DNA from: Gemmatimonadota bacterium
GTDB taxonomy: Bacteria > Gemmatimonadota > Gemmatimonadetes > Gemmatimonadales > GWC2-71-9
Length of the DNA stretch: 26,785 bases
Assembly: GCA_022573095.1 (NCBI GenBank)
Contig: JACZUR010000001.1
Location: forward strand, 1 to 26,785
Reading direction: 5' to 3'
The notes beneath the pieces were generated by a model. That model ran no database searches, was not told the DNA's origin, and saw nothing but the letters and a program-made list of their open reading frames with translations. This document shows positions 1-7,314 of the stretch, piece by piece. Each line of letters begins with the position of its first letter. Within the stretch, counting starts at the first letter, position 1. The position numbers were made by a program, and so were the translations under genes.

Positions 1-42
1 AACCACTATAATCTCGATCAGAGTAAAACCTCGTCTCGTCAT
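1..42 (-). CDS. Prepilin-type N-terminal cleavage/methylation protein (third pilin or minor pilin), 3' truncated by window edge
   Basis: Manual translation of the reverse complement from ATG at 42 gives MTRRG|FTLIEIIVV, a class III signal with basic leader, G|F cleavage site and E at +5. GGAGGTG lies at 51-45 and a sigma-54 motif at 74-59. Not in the ORF track. Confidence 0.8.
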   Translation of the reverse strand, partial: MTRRGFTLIEIIVV

Positions 43-58
43 CACACCTCCAAGTGGG

Positions 59-74
59 TGCATCCTTCGTGCCA
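59..74 (-). promoter_or_regulatory. Sigma-54 (-24/-12) promoter for the third prepilin gene
   Basis: Minus strand reads TGGCACGAAGGATGCA (GG-N10-GC; matches TGGCACG-N4-TTGC except one base). Correctly oriented just upstream of the prepilin ATG. Confidence 0.75.
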
Positions 75-128
75 ACAGCTAAGTGCTTTAAGAGTCATAA
101 GTTAACGAAATCGGATAGCACAAAAAAA

Positions 129-162
129 TGCAGAGCATTGCAGGTTTATGCAATATATTGCG
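129..162. promoter_or_regulatory. Phased TGCA array, candidate enhancer (UAS) for a sigma-54 activator
   Basis: TGCA at 129, 139, 149 and TGCG at 159 (exact 10-bp period). Includes the perfect palindrome GCAATATATTGC (150-161) and is flanked by an A7 tract (122-128). Starts about 55 bp upstream of the -24 element. Confidence 0.5.
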
Positions 163-1500
163 CTAACCGATTCCGTGTGCCTTTAGCTTGTAAAAGAGAC
201 TCCGCACGCTTATCCCAAGCCTTTCGGCGGCTGCGCGCCTGCTTCCTCCGCATTGCGCCAGAGCCACCTCAATAGCCCGCCTCTCGGCGGCGTCAATGGC
301 CTCCTTGAGCGTCGCAGCACCCCCACCCCCTTCAGCGGCTTTGGGCATGACGGACGGCACTACGTCCTCGGCGGATATCAGGTCGCCCTCACACAGGACG
401 ACTGCCCTCTCGATAGCGTTTTCGAGCTGGCGCACGTTGCCCGGCCACTCGCTCTTCTTGATGGCCGCTAGCGCCTTAGGGTGGAGCCGCACGGCAGTCC
501 CGGAGCGCCGTCTGGCGCGTGCCAACAGCGCTGTAACCAACCCTTCGATGTCTTCCTTTCTCTCGCTCAGCGGCGGGACGTGTAATCTCACGACGTTAAG
601 TCGGTAATAGAGGTCCTCCCTGAATCGGCCATCGGCCACATCTATTTCCAGGTCGCGTGCGGTGGCCGCGAGGATTCGAGTATCGATTGCCGTCGACTTA
701 TTGCCGCCAACCCTGCGTACCTCACCCTCCTGGATTACGCGCAGTAGCTTTACCTGCATCTCGGTTGGTAGATCCGCTATCTCGTCGAGTAGCAAGGTCC
801 CCTTATCCGCTTCCTGGAACAGCCCGATCTTATCGGACACGGCACCGGTGAACGAACCGCGTACGTGTCCGAACAGTTCGCTCTCCAGCAGTTCAGAGGG
901 GATCGCTCCGCAGTTCACGGCAACAAACGGCGACTCGCGACGGGGGCTCCAGCGATGGATGGCGCGCGCAACCATCTCCTTGCCAGTACCGGTCGCACCG
1001 GTAATCAAGACGGTGGCGTCACTGGGAGCGGCGCGATTGGCAAGATCCAAAACGCGCTTCATTGCAGCCGATTCCGCGACCAACTCTACGTCACGGTACC
1101 GCGCAACCTCAGCGGAGAGCGTGTCGACCTGTCCCTGGAGACGTTCTCTTTCCTCCGCCTTACGGATAGCGAGTAGCACTTCATCCGGACGAAACGGCTT
1201 CGGGATGTAGTCGTACGCTCCCTCCCGCATCGCAGCGATGGCGGCGTCTTCGGAGCCATATGCGCTCATCATGATCACGAGGGAAGCGACCTTCTCTTCT
1301 TTGAGGCGTCGCAGCAACTCAATACCGTCCATCTCCGGCATGCGGACATCGCTAATGACGATGTCGAACGCTTCCGACTTGGCGAGCGATAGTGCAGCGC
1401 TGGGAGATCCCTCGGTGGCGACATCGTAACCCTCTTCGCTGAGCAGAAGCGCCAGCGACTTACGCAGGTTCGGCTCGTCGTCTACGATCAGTATCTTCAT
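163..1500 (-). CDS. Sigma-54-dependent two-component response regulator (NtrC/AtoC family, REC-AAA+-HTH), 445 aa
   Basis: REC (ILIVDDE, ISDVRMP, YIPKPF), Walker A GATGTGKE, ELFGHVRGSFTGA loop, LLLDEI, WPGNVRQLEN, Fis-type HTH (AAERLGISVRSLFYKLK). ATGA overlap with the upstream kinase. Confidence 0.95.
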   Translation of the reverse strand: MKILIVDDEPNLRKSLALLLSEEGYDVATEGSPSAALSLAKSEAFDIVISDVRMPEMDGIELLRRLKEEKVASLVIMMSAYGSEDAAIAAMREGAYDYIPKPFRPDEVLLAIRKAEERERLQGQVDTLSAEVARYRDVELVAESAAMKRVLDLANRAAPSDATVLITGATGTGKEMVARAIHRWSPRRESPFVAVNCGAIPSELLESELFGHVRGSFTGAVSDKIGLFQEADKGTLLLDEIADLPTEMQVKLLRVIQEGEVRRVGGNKSTAIDTRILAATARDLEIDVADGRFREDLYYRLNVVRLHVPPLSERKEDIEGLVTALLARARRRSGTAVRLHPKALAAIKKSEWPGNVRQLENAIERAVVLCEGDLISAEDVVPSVMPKAAEGGGGAATLKEAIDAAERRAIEVALAQCGGSRRAAAERLGISVRSLFYKLKAHGIG

Positions 1501-2585
1501 GTGGCGCGAGGCAAGAAGATGTTGAAGAGCGCACCGCCCAATTTCGACTCGCTCACCCAGATCAGACCTCCATGCTCATGAACCAAGCGGTGTACGATCG
1601 CCAGCCCCAATCCGGTGCCCGAACCCGGATCCTTTGTGGTGAAAAACGGATCGAACACGCGCTCCCGATGTTCGACGGGGACCCCCGGACCCGAATCTCC
1701 GATGCGCACCAAGATCCCCGAACTCGAAGCCAGCAACTGCGGCGCGCGCGGTACACCGGTTTCGAGTTCAATCTCGACGACACCGTGAGCCGCGGCGTGC
1801 GCGGCATTGAGAATCAGATTAGTGAAAACCTGCTCCAGTTGATGAGGTTGGCCAATAACAGAGAGATCTTCTTCTGGTTCTCTGAACCTGAGGTCAACGC
1901 CGTCGACTGCCCCCTGCCGGCGAAGGCGCTCCAGCACTCCGCTAGTCAAGACCGTCAGATCAATCTTTTGCTTTGACCCGCTCTCCGTCCGAGCGTAGGC
2001 CAGTAGGTCGCGTACGATGCGATCGATTCTGCGAAGTTCGCTCTTGATAGTATCGAGCGACTCGGGTTCTGCCCCGCGCTTCTCTATCAGCGCGACGTAA
2101 TTACCGATCGCCGCCAGTGGATTTCCGATCTCGTGGGCGATCCCGGCGGCAAGCCTGCCGATGCTCGCCAATTTCTCGGCTCTTAGCAGTTGATCCTGCG
2201 TTTCCTGGAGTCGAGCGGTCATCTCGTTGAACCGAACTGCAAGTTCCGCAAATTCTCTGGTTTCGGGAATTGGCACCTGAACGTCGAGATCTCCGGCCGC
2301 CACCTCACGGGTGGCCTCATCCAACTCGCTCAGGGGCATCAGCACGAACTTATGTATAAGGTGTCTTGCAAAGACGAACACGACTCCGACATCAGCCACA
2401 ACCAACAGCACGAGAACCGCCGCCGCGAGCCGCGGGGGTACCAATTGAGCGACCAGCGCACTGAGTACCGCGAGCGAGACGGCAGCAGCGGTCAGCAGTC
2501 CGAAACCAAAGAGTAACTCTCGCTGAAGCCTGGGAGCGCGAAGCGAGGGGTTACTGCTTGAAGCATCTGCGCGGCTCACACTCAC
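1497..2585 (-). CDS. Sensor histidine kinase (2 TM, HAMP, HisKA, HATPase_c), 362 aa
   Basis: Two hydrophobic helices joined by a very short loop. HAMP (LSELDEATREVAAGDL...RFNEMTARL), H-box AHEIGNPL, N-box QVFTNLILNA, G-boxes DSGPG / FFTTKDPGSGTGLGL. GTG start at 2585 with GAGG upstream. Confidence 0.93.
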   Translation of the reverse strand: MSVSRADASSSNPSLRAPRLQRELLFGFGLLTAAAVSLAVLSALVAQLVPPRLAAAVLVLLVVADVGVVFVFARHLIHKFVLMPLSELDEATREVAAGDLDVQVPIPETREFAELAVRFNEMTARLQETQDQLLRAEKLASIGRLAAGIAHEIGNPLAAIGNYVALIEKRGAEPESLDTIKSELRRIDRIVRDLLAYARTESGSKQKIDLTVLTSGVLERLRRQGAVDGVDLRFREPEEDLSVIGQPHQLEQVFTNLILNAAHAAAHGVVEIELETGVPRAPQLLASSSGILVRIGDSGPGVPVEHRERVFDPFFTTKDPGSGTGLGLAIVHRLVHEHGGLIWVSESKLGGALFNIFLPRAT

Positions 2586-2703
2586 CTAGCTTCCTCGTCT
2601 GTAACGTAGGAGCACCAAAAATACTCCCGGCGGATAGGATACTACGGAAGCTTAAACGTGTCTTTGAGCAGCGAGACGATCAAGGCCCCGGGGAGGCAGT
2701 CGG

Positions 2704-3102
2704 TCAGGTCGAGCACATCACTGAACCCGCGCGGTCGGCTGGCGCCACGACGGCGGCCGTTCCAGTATAGATGGCGCAGGTCCTGGCAGTACTCGTATGC
2801 GAGCCTGTAGCACTCCAGCCAGACCCGCTCGCGGCACCGATCGTCATCGTAACGCCCTGCGACTCGTTGGCGCCGAGTGCCGTGAGACTGGTGGTGTAGG
2901 TGGTGTTGTCGCCGAAATAGCTCTCTTGCGCCGTCGCTAGGTTCCTGAGATCACCCCTGACCGCCGCGAGATGAGCCTTCTCTCTCGTAGTCGTAAACTT
3001 TGGGATCGCGATCGCCGCCAGAATGCCGATGATCACCACGACGATCAGCAGCTCGATAAGCGTAAAACCGTTCTTGCCAAGCGGAATGCGTCTTGCACTC
3101 AT
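2704..3102 (-). CDS. pilA: Type IVa pilin, second copy (pilA2), 132 aa
   Basis: MSARRIPLGKNG|FTLIELLIVVVIIGILAAIAIPKF with a C-terminal Cys pair (C97, C118 of the mature protein). Start reassigned from 3267 to the ATG at 3102, which has GAAGG upstream and gives a normal leader length. Confidence 0.92.
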   Translation of the reverse strand: MSARRIPLGKNGFTLIELLIVVVIIGILAAIAIPKFTTTREKAHLAAVRGDLRNLATAQESYFGDNTTYTTSLTALGANESQGVTMTIGAASGSGWSATGSHTSTARTCAIYTGTAAVVAPADRAGSVMCST

Positions 3103-3225
3103 AACCTTCGTCCGTGCCCGAAAAGCCGTAGATACCGTCGTCAGGCCAATTACAGACCTGTCTCCAAGAACCGCTGCTGTCAATAACCCGGGGAAAACAC
3201 GCCCGGAGACGCCTCGGATAAAGGC

Positions 3226-3265
3226 GGAAAGGGCGGCGAAGTGAAGCACCCCGCCGCCCCGTTCC
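3226..3265 (-). terminator. GC-rich hairpin, probable intrinsic terminator or attenuator between pilA1 and pilA2
   Basis: Minus strand GGGCGGCG...CGCCGCCC stem (3259-3252 pairs with 3238-3231; extendable via GGAA/TTCC), followed by TTTCCGCCTTT, an imperfect U-tract. Begins 18 bp after the pilA1 stop. Confidence 0.6.
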
Positions 3266-3282
3266 AACGCCCTATAGAGACG

Positions 3283-3663
3283 TTAGGTGGTGCACTTAAC
3301 CTCACCCTCGGTGTCAGCCGGAGGAACCGCTGCCTGGTTACCCAAGAAGATACCGCACGTCTTCGCGGTGGCGTTGTGCCCTGCAGTAGCACCCCAACCA
3401 CTACCAGTAGCTGCAGTGATCGTGATCGTGACGCCCTGCGATTCCGCGCCGTCAACAGCCGTCAGGCTGGTCGTGTACGTTACGTTGTCGGCGAAATACG
3501 ACTCCTCGGCCGTGGCCAGGTTCCGTAAATCCGACTTCATGGAGGCTAGGTAAGCCTTCTCACGAGTGTTGGAGAACTTCGGAATGGCGATTGCGGCCAA
3601 GATACCGATAATCACCACCACAATCAGAAGCTCAATTAGGGTGAAACCCTTGCGATTCAACAT
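3283..3663 (-). CDS. pilA: Type IVa major pilin (pilA1), 126 aa
   Basis: MLNRKG|FTLIELLIVVVIIGILAAIAIPKF, C-terminal Cys pair, strong RBS GGGGAGG, sigma-54 promoter upstream and hairpin downstream. Confidence 0.95.
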   Translation of the reverse strand: MLNRKGFTLIELLIVVVIIGILAAIAIPKFSNTREKAYLASMKSDLRNLATAEESYFADNVTYTTSLTAVDGAESQGVTITITAATGSGWGATAGHNATAKTCGIFLGNQAAVPPADTEGEVKCTT

Positions 3664-3756
3664 CTTTCCTCCCCTAGCAGTAAATAACCTACCGTCCCTC
3701 GAACCACCCGCATATACCGCGGGCTAGCAAATACCTCCGTTGGACTGGCTGAACAG

Positions 3757-3772
3757 TGCAATCTCCGTGCCT
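3757..3772 (-). promoter_or_regulatory. Sigma-54 (-24/-12) promoter of pilA1
   Basis: Minus strand reads AGGCACGGAGATTGCA (GG-N10-GC). Predicted TSS near 3746, giving a leader of about 80 nt. Fits the known RpoN/PilR control of pilA in Pseudomonas, Myxococcus and Geobacter. Confidence 0.8.
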
Positions 3773-3937
3773 GCATTCTACCGAGCGGGAGCTTGCGCGT
3801 AATCCGTTGGGTCGATTGATCTTACAAACGTTCCCTCGAATTCTTCGCTGCGCCAGCGTCACGGAAGGAAACCTCATTCTGCAATTGATCCGGCTAGACG
3901 CAAGACCTAGCGCCAAGCCACCGGTGATCAAGCAAGA

Positions 3938-3965
3938 GCGACACCACCGCGACATATTCGCGACA
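3938..3965 (-). repeat. Three TGTCGC direct repeats at 11-bp spacing (candidate activator binding sites)
   Basis: Plus-strand GCGACA at 3938, 3949 and 3960. Intergenic, about 165-195 bp upstream of the pilA1 -24 element. Confidence 0.6.
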
Positions 3966-3991
3966 TCCCCCGGTTGCGCGGCGGTTTTGCT

Positions 3992-5821
3992 CTACCAGCC
4001 ACACGAGGCACCTGCCTGGCGCTCTTCCTCCATGACGCTCTCGTAGAGATCCGAGCGCAAGGTGCGTACCAACCCCAGATTTTGACCCCACACAGCGCAG
4101 AAAGCCGGGTCAGTTCCCGTGCCCACCACGGCATTGAGCAGGAATCCCCATCTCTGTGTGGCTGAAACCGGCCTTCCCAGTAGCCATTCGGCTCTGGCGC
4201 GCGACAGTTGTTGTTTCCAGTCCGGCGCTCCTGTAATCGCCAACATATCCGCGTAAAGGAGCAGCGCTCCCGGCTCATCTGGAACCAGCGATAGCACACT
4301 CCGCGCCACCGCAAGAGCCGAGGCCGAATCTCCGTTGGACAGATGGACCCCCGCTAGTTGCAGGGCGAGGCGCGGGTTGCCTGGCTCGAGACCGAGGCTG
4401 CGTTCCGCCTCCCTGAGAGCAAGCTGATGGCGACCAAGCGAACTTGCCAGGGGAACCAACATCGGCGCGATCAGTGGCTCGTAGGGGAATATCGAAGCAG
4501 CCGTGACGTAGTGACCCAGTGCCGCAGTAGAGTCTCCGAGTTGTTCGAGCACTCTTGCAACTCGAATATGTGCTCGGAAGTTCTCGGGATGCTCTACTAG
4601 ATCCTCAACAATCACCGTGCGATTGTCTTTCCAGAACGGTGTGCGCGTAAAGGTTCTCACGCCGTAGGCGGTGCACAGAACAGCGACCGCCACAGCGGTG
4701 GCACGGAGGATCCGAGGGCTGTGGGCCCGCGTGATCACCCATCCCAGCGCGAGAGCGGGTGCAAGCGCGGCCAGATACAGTGTGCGTTCGGCAAGCGCTA
4801 CACCGGAGCTGAAGAACAGGTTGGACGTTGGAGCATAGCTGGCCACCGCAACGAGGACGCCAAATGTGATGGCCGGCGCTTTTTTCGCTACGATCACCGC
4901 CAGCACGACTACGGCCACCCCGAACACCACTGCCGCACCTGCGGCAATCCCGAGTTCCGTGCGTCGCGGTATCACCATCGGGTTGTAGTCGGCAGCTAGC
5001 TCGAATGGCCACACAAGCAGCCGCGTGACATCCCAGATCACAGGGAGAGCGGTGGCTAATCTTTCGGCCGCGTCGAGACCGCGCACGTTCGCGGCAATCG
5101 TGGATTCAACGAAACCACCGGCGATCGCTCTCCAAACGTAAAACCAACCAAGCGTTAACGCAGCGGCGTATATATACAGGCCAGCGCGTCGCGTGTTCGT
5201 CTTGCCGATATCGAGAAAGTGATCGAGCGCCAACACGAACACCGTAATCACACCAGCCTCTTTCGACAGCATCGCAAGCAGCGTGAACGCAATCGTCAGC
5301 ACCAACCACACCCCGGATCGGTTATGCTCATGGTGCCTATAACGGCGCGCGCTCAACACGGCAGCGAGTATCCATACGGTCACCAGTACCTCTGCTCTCC
5401 CTACCACATTGGCAACGGCCTCGACGTGCACGGGATGGACAGCGAACGTAACGCCGGCGGCGAGTGCTCCAAGCGGAGGAAACCAGCGCAGCACCACAAG
5501 TACGACAAGAATCGTGGCTACAGCGTGCATGATTGCGTTGGAAACGTGAAACCATGCAGGCGATCCGCCCGACAGCGTCCAGTCGATTCCGTAGGTGAGC
5601 ATTACAAACGGTCGGTACATTCCGGCGTTTACACCTGCCGATTCCGGCCAGTACGGCTCGAAAGCCGCATCCACGGCTGCGCCAATGGAGTGCGCGGCGG
5701 GATTTTCCGCCACGATAGGAGTGTCGTCCAGCGCCCAACCATTACGGAATGCCCCGGCGTAGATCACGAGAGCGACCAGGCCGGCTAGCAGAGCCGCTCT
5801 GAGAGGACCTAGTCGGGGCAT
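3992..5821 (-). CDS. TMTC-like (GT105/DUF1736-type) GT-C glycosyltransferase with C-terminal TPR region, ~609 aa
   Basis: Motifs in TMTC order: WALDDTPIV, MYRPFVMLTY, WFHVSN, FAVHPVHVEAVANVVGRAE, LSKEAG, LAADYNP, APTSNL, LAERTLYL, FWKDN, then TPR-like helices (ALREAERSLGLEPGNP). Start reassigned to the ATG at 5821, which overlaps the upstream stop by 13 bp. Confidence 0.85.
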   Translation of the reverse strand: MPRLGPLRAALLAGLVALVIYAGAFRNGWALDDTPIVAENPAAHSIGAAVDAAFEPYWPESAGVNAGMYRPFVMLTYGIDWTLSGGSPAWFHVSNAIMHAVATILVVLVVLRWFPPLGALAAGVTFAVHPVHVEAVANVVGRAEVLVTVWILAAVLSARRYRHHEHNRSGVWLVLTIAFTLLAMLSKEAGVITVFVLALDHFLDIGKTNTRRAGLYIYAAALTLGWFYVWRAIAGGFVESTIAANVRGLDAAERLATALPVIWDVTRLLVWPFELAADYNPMVIPRRTELGIAAGAAVVFGVAVVVLAVIVAKKAPAITFGVLVAVASYAPTSNLFFSSGVALAERTLYLAALAPALALGWVITRAHSPRILRATAVAVAVLCTAYGVRTFTRTPFWKDNRTVIVEDLVEHPENFRAHIRVARVLEQLGDSTAALGHYVTAASIFPYEPLIAPMLVPLASSLGRHQLALREAERSLGLEPGNPRLALQLAGVHLSNGDSASALAVARSVLSLVPDEPGALLLYADMLAITGAPDWKQQLSRARAEWLLGRPVSATQRWGFLLNAVVGTGTDPAFCAVWGQNLGLVRTLRSDLYESVMEEERQAGASCGW

Positions 5822-7314
5822 GTGAACCGATAGAGCTTGGGACCTTCCCGGACGCTGAACAATTGTTCGAGAGGAGATACTTCGGCTGTGCTGAGCGTCT
5901 GCAAAAGCCGAGCTGCAGGGGCGCCGGGACCTGACAAGGCGATGTGAGTTACTCCAGTTGCGCAATAGAAATGGACGCTCTCAGCTGGTGTCAGCGGAAT
6001 TTCGTCCCTTCCGTTCAAGCGACTGAGGTAACTTGGAACGGAAGACCTGCCCGTGTAGAGCGACAGCAACGCCTCATCCCCTCCTGCGATCACCGCGTCA
6101 CTAGGCAGTTCCTGCACAATTGACGATATAAGAAGCCGCAACGGCTGACTGATTCCCTCGGCGGTGGATGCAAACGCGCGGTTTCGCAGGGAGCTAATCT
6201 CCCTTGGTAGGAAGCCGATACCAATAACCAGGGCCGCCGCGCCAACCACTAGCTTCCAATATCTGTTCCGAGTCCAGAGATCGTGTAGAGCAACAGCCAT
6301 CAGCAGAAAAATCCACGGAAGCACCACCCACACGAACCGGTCCGGAGTATACGGCCAGACCGTTACTACGCTCGCATACAACCCAAGCGTAACGATCAAC
6401 GCCGGCAGTACGCGAAACGTTCTCGCCGCACCCCACACGATCAGCAATGAAACACACACGGCGGCAAGTGCCCACAGAGGCGTGGGGAGGGCTGGCAACA
6501 ACAATCGTGCGATCGGACTGAAAACTTGAAGACTTGCTCCACCAATGAACTGAATCAATCCCATCCCGCCCGAACCCTCTGAGTACGTACCGTACACCGA
6601 GGTCAGGCGCGGATCGAGTTCTCCAGAGTGGACGAGTAACCAGATTATCCACGGGAGAATCACGACAGTACCGGCTGCCAGCGAGACAAGACTCGAGCGG
6701 CGAGCACCACGGTACCAGAGCGAAATTGCAATGCCTAGTAGCCCGGCGAGCCCAAGGCTCCGCGTGAGAGTGGCCAATCCAGCTAGCAGCCCTGCGGCAA
6801 CCGCACGCTTCGTGGTGGCCTCACCTCCGTCGGCAATCAACAGAGAGCCGGAAAACAAGATGAGAAACAACGGCTCCGAGAATCGTACACCCACAATTGC
6901 CAGCAACGGGAAGGCGGCAAACGCCGCAACTAGGACGAGGCCGACGGAAAGTCCGGGTAGGGACAATCTCGCAACTGATCGAGCAATGACGAAAGCAGAC
7001 AGCCCATAGACCGCGGAGTCGAAGAGAGAGAAAAGCGCGAGGTTCGCCGGGAACGACGGCCAGACACGCCACAAGAAACTCAAAACGTACGGGTAGAGAA
7101 ACGGATAGCGGACTCCAGCCGGGTCCCCGGGAAGATGGCCGTACCTAAATCCCTCACCCTCGGCGAGAGACCTGGCGAGCGACAGATATATACCGTCGTC
7201 GTAGAAGACTCCGGCAAGGGCATCGGTCTGTGCCCAGAGTGCAATCGCGAAAACAACTAAGCCAAGTAGTCCCGGCCAAAGTCGCCGGACATCCTGCCAG
7301 ATCGTTATTCGCAT
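5809..7314 (-). CDS. GT-C-fold membrane glycosyltransferase (ArnT/PMT_2-like), 501 aa
   Basis: Acidic pair in the first external loop (VFYDDGIYLSLARSL), YPFLYP, SEPLF, LTRSLG, DRFVW. Many TM helices followed by a soluble C-terminal domain. 10-bp overlap with the upstream gene. Confidence 0.8.
   Translation of the reverse strand: MRITIWQDVRRLWPGLLGLVVFAIALWAQTDALAGVFYDDGIYLSLARSLAEGEGFRYGHLPGDPAGVRYPFLYPYVLSFLWRVWPSFPANLALFSLFDSAVYGLSAFVIARSVARLSLPGLSVGLVLVAAFAAFPLLAIVGVRFSEPLFLILFSGSLLIADGGEATTKRAVAAGLLAGLATLTRSLGLAGLLGIAISLWYRGARRSSLVSLAAGTVVILPWIIWLLVHSGELDPRLTSVYGTYSEGSGGMGLIQFIGGASLQVFSPIARLLLPALPTPLWALAAVCVSLLIVWGAARTFRVLPALIVTLGLYASVVTVWPYTPDRFVWVVLPWIFLLMAVALHDLWTRNRYWKLVVGAAALVIGIGFLPREISSLRNRAFASTAEGISQPLRLLISSIVQELPSDAVIAGGDEALLSLYTGRSSVPSYLSRLNGRDEIPLTPAESVHFYCATGVTHIALSGPGAPAARLLQTLSTAEVSPLEQLFSVREGPKLYRFTCPD

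Noticed and set aside
2685-2697. Hairpin after pilA2
   Set aside because: Only a 5-bp stem with a G-U pair and no U-tract.
2704-3102. pilA2 as a Neisseria-type silent cassette for antigenic variation
   Set aside because: It is full-length with leader and RBS, and synonymous sites in the conserved 5' region are highly diverged from pilA1, leaving little homology for gene conversion.
3105-3119. Sigma-54-like GGGCACG upstream of pilA2
   Set aside because: The -12 position reads GG rather than GC, and it abuts the start codon.
3103-3267. 55-aa N-terminal extension of pilA2 in the ORF track
   Set aside because: Runs through the hairpin and would give an implausible type IVa leader. The ATG at 3102 has an RBS.
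3283-3663. Electrically conductive (e-pilin) interpretation
   Set aside because: F1, F24, Y32, Y50, F51 and Y57 are present, but position 27 is Thr and aromatics are only 8/120 (9 with His), below the roughly 9% criterion usually applied.
5822-5965. 48-aa N-terminal extension of the TMTC-like ORF
   Set aside because: Overlaps the upstream GT-C gene and is low-complexity basic sequence. The ATG at 5821 gives a normal first TM helix and coupling overlap.
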